Origin: Octopus vulgaris
Taxonomy: Eukaryota
DNA length: 64,000 nucleotides
Assembly (NCBI GenBank): GCA_951406725.2
Contig: OX597823.1
Span: forward strand, 38,192,001-38,256,000
Direction: 5' to 3'
In this document: positions 53,357 through 64,000 of the stretch, in pieces
Numbering within the stretch: position 1 is the first letter of the stretch
Layout of the letters: each line of letters begins with the position of its first letter
Notes under the pieces: model-generated
Seen by the model: the letters and a program-made list of their open reading frames with translations, nothing else
The model's database searches: none
What the model was told of the DNA's origin: nothing
Made by a program: the position numbers and the translations under genes

Positions 53357-53462
53357 TGGCTGCCCCCTCGTTATCGAGAATGGCCATTGCACGAAGCTTA
53401 ACTGTTACTGGTGCTGTGATCGAATGTGACTTTTTAGCCCAGCTAAAGATCTACAATGTATT
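53357..53462 (-). mobile_element. RTE/BovB-like 3' tip
   Basis: HCRSLAGLKSHIRSQHQ* plus a short 3' UTR, embedded in (TACA)n. Confidence 0.65.
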
Positions 53463-53594
53463 GTACATACATACATACATACATACATACATACATACAT
53501 ACATACATACACACACATACATACATACATACATACATACATACATACATACATACATACATACATACATACATACATACATACATACATACAT

Positions 53595-54114
53595 AGAAAT
53601 CTGCAGTTACTCTATCCAGATTGCAAGTTCAGGTTTATACCTGTAATTGTTGGAACCTTGAGATCTGTAACACACTGCCTAAATACCAATCTTGAGAAAT
53701 TAGGCTTCTCAAAACCAGAAAGGAGAAAGCTAATTTGAAGACTACAGATCATATCCATCACTGGAACTGTAAAAATATGTAAAACTTTCCAGAAGTTTAT
53801 CATTTAAATATATATATGAGCATGTCTAGATATGCTGCTATATGCATGAAAATATATACATAAAGCAAAACATATAAATCTGCACATATACATCCATCCA
53901 TCCATCCATCCATCCATCCATCCATCCATCCATCCATACATACATACATACATACAGACAGACAGACAGACAGGCATACATACATACATACAAACAAACA
54001 AACAAACAAAAATACCCTGTTGTTGATGTTGAAATTCCAATGAAGGAGCCTTGAATTTAGGTTAGAAACCAGCTCTTTATTAGCAAGAAATCTTGAAATG
54101 AAACTGAACAATGA
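53595..54114 (+). mobile_element. 3' end of a restriction-like-endonuclease (R4/NeSL-like) non-LTR element in (CATA)n
   Basis: RNLQLLYPDCKFRFIPVIVGTLRSVTHCLNTNLEKLG...LQIISITGTVKICK. Both ends abut (CATA)n. Confidence 0.7.
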
Positions 54115-55674
54115 CATACATACATACATACATACATACATACATACATACATACATACATACATACATACATACATACATACATACATACATACATACA
54201 CACATACATACATACACACATATATATTATACATATATTCAAATATACATGCAAGCACACACACACACATACACACACCAATGCTATTGGTTTAGAATTC
54301 TCTTTTAGGCACCATAAATAAAGGCATCATATATTAGGTTTGAGTGTCCCCAGAGAGGACCAAATAATAGCTTATTTTGATCAGTTTTGGCAGAGAAAAT
54401 AAGGTTTATTTCCCCCATGGGAACATTGAGATAGGAATGTCATTTCCATTGGTGGTTGTTGTTTTCTAGAACTCTAGCATTATTGATTTCAGGTAGAGAT
54501 GTGACTTGCTGGTTATCAATGAGTTTCATTTTTTTGTGCATTGTACAGCTGCTCTAGATGTATCTCTGCAAATATATTACTTATATAACTACAGAGCTGT
54601 GTTATTAATTTTCTCTTTTTTTTTCTAATTGCTTTGTTTTATTTGGAGTTTTTATAAGCGCATTACATGTCCAACACAGAGATTATAGTAAGCTTATGCT
54701 TTCTTGTTAACAACGCTGTATTACGCAATATACCTTTAGCATTATTTCCATTTAAAATGTATGATACAAATAAAAATTACTCTAAATATTGCTTTCAAAT
54801 TTTGGCACAAGGCTAGCAAGCTTGGGGAAGGGGTAAGTTAATTACATCGAACCCAGTACTCAACTGGTACTTATTTTACCGACCCCAAAAGGATGAAAAG
54901 CAAAGTTAATCTCGGGGGTATTTGAACTCAGAATGTAAAGATAGACAAAATGCTGCTAAGCACTTTGTCTGACATGGTAATGATTTTACCAGATCACTGC
55001 CTTAATAACACTAAATATTAATATTTATATTATATTCTCATTTATTTGTGTATTTTTCAGTTAATGTTTTAGAAATAATATTCTGATTGTTACAGTCCAA
55101 CACACTAACATCATTTAAATACCATTAAAATACACACTAACCCCATTAAAATACTGTTAAAATACCATTAGAAAATATTTATACACACATGCATATATAA
55201 GGTTTATTACATGGCTAGGCATGAGACATGTGGCCTAATAGTTACACAAATGAATGTGTAACTCAGTTGTGACACCTAGTTGGAACTAATTTTGTTTTAG
55301 TTTACCTCTTCTCTTAATATTCTTGGGAAAGGCATGAATGCTATATCTTCTGTTTCCTCTTAGTCTGGATATCTATGAAAAACTCTTGAGAAATGATATT
55401 ATTACTGTTGCTATTGTTTTTGCTTAGCCCCAGGTTAGCCTTACATGAGTGTACATGAAATTTAAGGGATTCTTCTCTCTCTCATTCTCTCTCTCTCTCT
55501 TTCTCTGGGATTGAGTATCTAGGAACTACATTATCAAAGGTACCATTTCAAAATGGTAGGGTATAATTTAAAGGAGATTTAGTTGTTATTCCTAGCAGGT
55601 CTCACAATTTCATAGAGGCTTTTCTCCCTTTACATCACCCCGTGTTCCTTCAATATTTTGTTTATATTCTTAAC

Positions 55675-56500
55675 GGTGGCAAGCAGACAGAGCCATTAGT
55701 GCACTAGACAAAATACTTAGTAGTATTTCTCCTGACTCATTACATTTTGAGTTCAAATTCTCCCAAGGTCAACTTTGCCTTTCAGCTTTTCAGGGTTGAT
55801 AGAATAAAGTACCAGTTGATCACTGGAGAAGATCGATGTAATCAGTTGACCACCTTCCCACTAAAATTACTGGCCTTCTTCCAATATTTGAAACCATTTT
55901 TAGAGGGTGGATAAAGGTGGCAAAATATTTAAACAATTGGGCAAGATGCCATGCCTATTTCTTCCAACTTTTTATGTTCTGACTGTAGTTCCTACTGGGG
56001 TCAACATTGCCTTTTGTTATTTTGGTGTCAATAAAATAAAGTACCAGCTAGATACTTGGAATGATGGTATCAACTATCCCGCTTTGTCCCTGAATCATTA
56101 TTATCAAAGGTTATGAGTTGGTAGAACCATTAGCATGCCAGGCAAAATGCCTTCACTTTTTAGGTTCAAATTCCGCTGAGGTCGACTTTGCCTTTCATCC
56201 TCTTGGGATGGATAAAATAAGTACCTGCTGAATACTAAGGTTGATGTAAACAACTGACCCCCTCCTCTGGAATTACTGGCCTTGTGCCAGAATTTGAGAT
56301 CATTATTATCAAATAGAATGGTGGGATCATTACAGTGTTTCTTCTGCTTCTTCATGTTCTAAGTTCAAATCCCACCAAAGTCAACACTACTTTTTATCCT
56401 TTCATGGTCAATAAAATAAAGGACTGATCAAGTACTGAATTCGATATAATCAGCTGTACCCCTCCCTCTAAATTTCTGGCCTTGTGTCTTTGTTAGAGAC
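55675..56500 (+). mobile_element. Four head-to-tail decayed SINE family A copies
   Basis: gtcaactttgcctttca-type cores at ~55770, 56000, 56180 and 56380. Confidence 0.8.
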
Positions 56501-58051
56501 AATTATGAGAAGAGAGATGAGAGATGAGTTCTCTCTCTTTACCCTCCTTCCAATTCTACGTTTTGGATACCTCCAATATCAGAAGCTTCTTTCAGTTGTC
56601 AAATTCTTAATTTAAAAAAGAGACAACCATATATTCTAATGGGACACTGCAATCAATAGTGAGACATTTAGTTTTTGGAATATTTTCTTTCTTACAATAT
56701 TGGTTTCAAATTTTTGCACAGAGCCAGCAATTTTGGGGAGTGGCTAAATTGGTTACATCAGTGCCAGTGCTCAACTGGTACTCATTTTATTGACCCCAGA
56801 AGGATCAAAGACAAAGTCAATGTCAGTGGAGTTGAACTCAGAATGTACAAACAGATAAAATGCTGCAAAAGCATTTTGACCATCCCGCTAACAATTCTGC
56901 CAGCTCGCCTTTTCTCTTGTTTTCAATATTAAATATGAGAACATTTTTAAACATTCATTTTGGTTTTCTCATTATAATTAATTTTGAATTTGGACTTAAT
57001 TAATATTCTAATCAAGAAAATTTCCAATTCCAACAGAGCAAATTGTATATTCCTTTCTATCTGTTCAGCTATAACTGGCTCTTAGTGTATCAATAATTAT
57101 CAAACCTTTCCTATGACAACTAACTCTCCTGGCTGTTAACATTTAATTCAACACTCTACACTCATTCTTTTTCTCAAGTGGTTTGCTGTCATGTAAAGAG
57201 AATGGGATGGGGAAAGGTGAGCTGGGAATTAGGGTAGCAACATGTCCACTGAATGGACATGATTTAATGATACTTCAGCCAAAAGATAACTCCCTATTTG
57301 CAGGGTCCTCCCCATTCCACTGCTCTGACAAGCTCAAAGGAACTTCCATGGCAGAAAATTTTATTGTATTTTAGTGTGCAGAAATTTTATCATGCTAACC
57401 ACCTCCATAACAACCACCACTGCCACTGCCACCACCACCACCACCACCACCACCACCACCACCCATCATAATCCCATCATAAATTTTGCTAGTCTGTGGG
57501 TATTTCAAGCCACAAACAAACCAGTATTATAGTCAATAATGATTAAAAATACTGACTGTTCTTCTCCTGTTTAAAATAATATAGATTTTTAAATAAAGCT
57601 TTTTGATGTTTTTGGCAACCAAATCGGTATTTATGGTTTTATTTTGTTTTGTGTTTTTAGATCTAAGAGAAGACACCACATCACTCTAATGAAGGATACC
57701 AGTGTTAATCAATGTTAGTTTTGCAGGTCAGAAATGAAGCCTTTTATTAATTTTCTATTTTGTATTGATATCAGAACTATTACTGCAGAAGTTTCTCTCA
57801 GGATATTTACTGTGTGTCTGTATATATATATATACATATATTCTTTTATTCTTCTGCTCTTTACATGTTTCAGTCATTTTGACTGCAGCCATGCTAGAGC
57901 ATGCCTTAAAGGGTTTTTAGTCTAAGTAATTGACCCTAGTACTTATTCTATTGGTTTCTTTTGCAGAACTGCTAAGTTACAGGGAATGTAAACACAGCAA
58001 TATTAGTTGTCAGGAGATGATGGGAGAACAAACACAGACACACACGCAGAA

Positions 58052-58139
<88 letters not shown>

Positions 58140-58187
58140 GTATATATGTATGTTGTTTGTTGTTTAAACACCTGTCTTCGTCTTTTG

Positions 58188-58228
<41 letters not shown>

Positions 58229-58534
58229 ATGTATATATATATATATATATATATATACAATAAGCTTCTTTCTGTTTCTGTCTATCAAATCCACTAACGA
58301 GGCTTTGGATGGCCCAAGGCTATAGCAGAAGACACTTGCCCAAGGTGCCACACAGTGGGACTGTACCTAGAACCATGTGGTTGGGAAGTGAGCTTCTTAC
58401 TATAGAACCACACTTGCACTTAACACACACACACACACACACATCATCATCATCACACATCATATATATATATATACTTGTAATATTATATGTATATATA
58501 TATATATATATTATATATATATATATATATATTG

Positions 58535-59042
58535 TTTGATCCCCCTTCGGTCATGAATGACCATGGGATTGCACCTAGAAAGTTACCCTCCGAGGCACAA
58601 GTCTGGGCAAAGTTGTTCATGGAAGACCAGCAGTCGCCCATGCATACTGGCCTCCCCTCTCCATGCCACCGATGTTATCCAAGAGAAAGGCAAAGGCCGA
58701 TACAGCTTGGCACCAGTGACGTCGTAGCTCATTTATTAACGTGCAAGTGGCAGAGCATTCCACAGACATGTGTACTCTTAACATAGTTCTCAGAAAGATT
58801 CAGCGTGACACAGAATGTGACAAGGCTGGCCCTTTGAAATACAGGTACAACAGAAACAGGAAGAAAGAGTGAGAGAAAGTTGTGGTGAAAGTGTACAGGA
58901 GGGTTCCCCCCCACCCAGCCGGAGTCTTGTGGAGCTTTAGGTATTTTCGCTCAATAAACACTCACAATGCCTGGTCTGAGAATTGAAACCATGATCCTAC
59001 GACCATGTGTCTGCTGCCCAAACCACTGGGCCATTGCGCCTC
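58535..59042 (-). mobile_element. tRNA-derived SINE, same head as 3318 but different tail
   Basis: Minus strand ggcgcaatggcccagtgg...gtgtttattgagcgaaaatacctaaagctccacaag. Confidence 0.8.
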
Positions 59043-59061
59043 CACATACACACAAACACAC

Positions 59062-59092
<31 letters not shown>

Positions 59093-59117
59093 GAGAGAGA
59101 GAGCGCTAGCCACTACA

Positions 59118-59279
59118 CATTCTTTATTTTCTCTCCTTGTTTCTTTCTGTATTCCTTTCTGTGGAAGAGCATAGGGTCGAAACGTTAAAGACTTTTTCAC
59201 TTCCTGAGCATTATACTAATACATCTGTTTGTTGTCTACATCACCTGTCTTCGTCTTTTGTTTTTTTGTGAACTCCTCC

Positions 59280-59282
<3 letters not shown>
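59118..59282 (+). mobile_element. Second copy of the 20395 repeat with minimal HHR-like motif
   Basis: cttt-CTGTGGA-a-gagc-atag-ggtc-GAAA-cg-tt-aaag at 59155-59190. Confidence 0.6.
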
Positions 59283-59334
<52 letters not shown>

Positions 59335-59337
<3 letters not shown>

Positions 59338-59484
59338 ATAACTATAATAAATATTAGGGAATAAATCCAAATAATGACAATCTTCAGGTGGATTTCCGAT
59401 AAATCAGAAACAATTGTAGTGGTTTTAACTTTTTATATATGTATATACTTTTGTTTGTTTTGAAAATAGTGGTTTTGTCTCTAA

Positions 59485-59530
<46 letters not shown>

Positions 59531-59607
59531 TAAATATGTATTAGGCAAATCAAACTGAAAAACATAAATCTAATTTTTCCCTGTAAGTTTGGATTTACCT
59601 ATATTAT

Positions 59608-59610
<3 letters not shown>
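59335..59610 (+). mobile_element. TA-embedded relative of the 14823 element with split HHR motif
   Basis: GAAA-caattg-TA-gtgg at 59407-59422; inverted ccac-CTGAAGA at 59391-59381. Confidence 0.6.
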
Positions 59611-59657
<47 letters not shown>

Positions 59658-59696
59658 GTATGTATATAAACATATATATATATATGTGTGTCTGTG

Positions 59697-59742
<46 letters not shown>

Positions 59743-60396
59743 TATATATACATACATATCTATACTTGTATATATCCTTAGAATACTGATTTTAAATTTT
59801 GGCACAAGGCCAGCAAGTTTGAGGGAAGGGGCTAGTCAATTACATCATATATAGGTCAAGTGCTGGTGGGGGACAAACACAGAAACAAAGATACACACAC
59901 ATAGGTTTATATATAATTATATATGACACTCTTCTTTCAGTTTTTGTCTACCAAGTCCACTGACTAGGTTTTGGCTGGTCTGGGGTTATAGTAAAAGTTA
60001 CTTGCCCAAGGTACCACACAGTGGGTCTGAACCTGGAATCATGTGTTTGGGAAGCAAGTTTCTTACCACATAGTCATGCCTACACCAATATATATTCATA
60101 TCTATACCTATCTCTCTCCTTCTCTCTCTTTCTCTCTTTCTCTTTCTCTCTCTCTCTTTCTCACTCTCTCTCCTTTTTGCATACACACTCGTGCATGCAC
60201 ACACACATACACACACACATGCACACATACATGTGAGTGTATAGGTATGCATACTGTGCGCATATCTATATATCTTGGATAGAGTATGTATTTTCATTTT
60301 CACTGCCTGACACAATTTAAAACTGGCATATGTATATAACTGTATGTATGAATGTATGTATATATATATAGTATACATATGCATACATTATCTATA

Positions 60397-60427
<31 letters not shown>

Positions 60428-62389
60428 TTATCTATTTATCTATCTATCTATCTATCTATTTATTTATATATACACACACATGCATATAAGCATATATATA
60501 CACATACATATACTTATATGTTTATATATATATAAATACAAACACATAGACACACATATTCCCTAGAACACTTGGGAGGAACAAAACTTTCATCTGATCA
60601 AATCAATACATTGATTTCTGATCTATAGACATAATCACTGCCAGTTTGTGAAGAGTCTAGCTTGGAAACTAGTCATTTAGAAGAAATTCTTTGTAATTTC
60701 TCGTCTCACCTCACCCTCTCCTCATGGAACCTGAGAGGCTAAACTCAGCTCATCTTTTACCTCAATGCCTGACACTTTTGTGATGACCAAACAAAATAAG
60801 TCATGATTGATTCTCTTCCACATTTCATTTCTCTTTGTTCTCTGACCGAAAAATCTGACTGAAAAATAAATTATTTCAAATATTTTAACTGGAACGACTT
60901 TTGGTCCCAATTGATTTGACACTGCTGTATGTTACAGTTGAGTTTAATAATAAGTGGTGGGAAAGGAGAGAGAGAGACAGAGAGAATGAGCGTATGTATT
61001 GTGTGAATGATGTGTGTGTGAGTGGAAGAGAGAGTGTGTGAATAAGAGAGAGACAGAGAGAGAGAAAGTATGTGTTTATGAGTGTATGAGAGAATGATTG
61101 TGTGTGAGGGTGTGTGTGTATGTGTATGCATGCGCGCATGTAAAGTAATACTGTGTGCATATTAAACTTGATATTAAAGTTGTTATTCAACATTTAGCTC
61201 ATTGTGACTCATGACTATGACCGGGTAGCATTGTCTTAGGTGTGTATGCAATCACGAACAGGCACTCATGGTCCCCCACACATCTCGACTCAGTAGAACT
61301 TCCAAGATGTGAAAATTAGAAAGAAAGACACTGAAAAGAGATGGTAGATAGTGGTAATGGGGACTACACCAGCATCAGAGTAGTTCTAGCCTTTGTTACA
61401 GCTGATCAGATATGAGCAACATGAAATAAAATACCTTGCCCAACGACACAATGTATCATCTGCTTCAGAAATTGAACTCATATCTTTGTGATTGTGAGCC
61501 AAACAGTTTAACCACTATGCCACTCACTTTTACAATGTTGCTACAATACTGTGCTTTCAATTTATTTCATAAATTAATGCAGTTTGTCTTCTGTGGACAT
61601 CAAATACATTTATATCGATCATTTAAAATATTTTACATTTATTTTCCTTGGGTACAACAACCCTGAAAGCTGTGGTCTATGATATACTCTCTTTTACTTG
61701 TTTCAGCCATGTGACTGTGGCCATGCTGGAGCACCACCTTTAATCGAGCAAATCAACTCCAGGACTTATTCTATGTAAGCCTAGTACTTATTCTATTGGT
61801 TGCTTTTGCCGAACCGCTAAGTTACGGGGACGTAAAACACCAGCATCGGTTGTCAAGCGATGTTGTGGGGGACAAACACAGACACACAAATATATATACA
61901 CACACACACACATGTACATACATACATATATATATATACATATATTCGACGGTTTTCTTTCATTTCTGTCTACCAAATCCACTCAGAAGGCTTTGGTTGG
62001 CCTGAGACTATAGTAGAAGACACTTGCTCAAAGTGCCATGCAATGGGGCTGAACCCAGAACCATGTGGTTTGTAAGCAAGCTACTTACCACACAGCCACT
62101 CCTACACCTATAAAAGAAGATTCGACCTTGACCGAATTTGAACTCAGAACACAAGACGGACAAAACACCGTTCTTCATTTTCCCCGACGTGTTAACGATT
62201 CAGCCAGCTCGCTGCCTTGAATAAATATATTCATTTATTTTTAAGTAACAATTTGTAAATGGCAGTGTTATTAATTACAGATATCTATTGGGACAATCAC
62301 TGATTCGCACTTCAGATGATGGGAGTGATGAGGGAGTGCTTGTAACTTATTGCAGAACAAATTCCAATGGGGGACCTTGTTTGAAGATC

Positions 62390-62446
<57 letters not shown>

Positions 62447-62690
62447 AGTTTCTTATTGACCCTGAAAGCATAAAAGGCTATACCAAAAAAGCTCTAATGA
62501 CTGCCAATTCACAGCTTAGTTAAGACTTCTTAACCATTTTGTTACCATATTTAGATACAGGCATGGTTCCGGGTTCAGTTCCACTGTTTGGCTACTTGGG
62601 CAAGTGTCTTCTGCATATAGCCTCTGGCTGACCAATGCCTTGTGAATGGATTTGGTAGATGGAAACTGAAAGAAGCCCATCATATATGCA

Positions 62691-62724
<34 letters not shown>

Positions 62725-64000
62725 TGTGTGTGCGTGCGAGTGTGTGTAATTGTGTCTGTATTTATCCCCTACCACTGCTTGACAACTGGTGCTCATGTGT
62801 TTATGTCCCTATAACTTAGCAGTTCAGCATAAGAGACCAATAGAATAAGTACTAGGCTAAAAAAAAAATATAATAAGTACTAGTGTTGATTTATTTGACT
62901 AAAAATTCTTCAAGGCAGTGCCCCAGCATGGCCACAGTCAAATAATTGAGACAAATAGAAGATATGATATTTATGTGGAAAATTTACTGCCTATGTTTCA
63001 ATTAATTTTGAAAATAATTAAGAATTTAGTAAAAATGAATTTGTCATAAAAATCTGGTGTAAGAAGATAACATGAAATTTTGGTGAGAAGTGGAATGACA
63101 TGTTCTATTTGCATGTTAAATTACTTTTCTACTTCATAATCAAAATTAATAATGAAATAAATAAATAAATGCTTAAGAAACTGGTTTGGTTAAGGTAGTG
63201 AATAGTGTGCTGAAGTAAACCAATCCTTTCATCTCATACACTTTACTCTTTGGAAAATACAAAGTTTCCTTATCACTTAATATACAGCAGTGTTGTGAAT
63301 GAGTAAAGTATGCATTTCCTGATTGATCTAACAACAACAAGGATACAGTAATCACAATGATAATAACAATAATAATAATAGTGTCAAATTTTGGCACAAG
63401 GCCAACAACTTTGGGGGAGGAGGTGAGTTGAATACATTGACCCCAGTATTCAACTAGTACTTATTTTATTGATCCTGAGAGGACGAAAGGTAATGCTGAC
63501 ATTGGGGGAATTTGAACTTAGAACATAAAGAGAGATGAAATGCCGCTAAGTGTTTTGCCTGGTGTGCTAATGATTCTGCTAGTTTGCCGCCTTAACAACA
63601 ATGACAATAATGATATTTACTTTATTTATCATTGGGTAAAAACAAATACATTTAAATATGATACTACACACACATGCACACGTACACAGTGCACACACAT
63701 ATATGCACACACATTCACACACATACATATACATACACATGTACACATACATGAGCAATACAGTGTAAGTGGAATTTGATGGGCTGAAACTGTGTAGAAA
63801 CCTGTCATAAACATAGCCATATCTTATGTTCATTTTCCATATTAACATGTGTTAGGTGAATGTATTATTAGTCTTGGTGGTTTGTATAAGATTTTATTGT
63901 TAAAATTTATCTGCAATAAACTGGGTATACTTCTGCAGCCTGACTATCAGTCTGAAGAAGACCAAAGTACTGGGCCAAGGTACCAAGCACTCCTCCCCTA

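Overview
AT-rich, microsatellite-saturated eukaryotic DNA with no confidently identifiable host gene. The repeat content (tRNA-derived SINEs, RTE/CR1/R4-Dong LINE fragments, Tc1/mariner and hAT fossils, Penelope-like elements) resembles intronic or intergenic DNA of an octopus-type cephalopod; that assignment is an inference. Almost all supplied ORFs are microsatellite artefacts or transposon remnants. The most notable signal is a set of sequence-unrelated non-coding elements embedded in (TA)n tracts that carry type I hammerhead-ribozyme (HHR) motifs, often within large inverted duplications. The best is 40551-41607, with two intact-looking HHRs on opposite strands in near-identical 330-bp arms. 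Others include a ~466-nt terminally redundant unit (51878-52430), an 80-bp HHR-only island (30053-30130) and a tRNA-headed HHR element (42834-43315). GIY-YIG remnants of Penelope-like retroelements (Naiad- and Neptune-type) in the window are plausible mobilisers. All calls were made by eye, so boundaries are approximate unless a motif is quoted.
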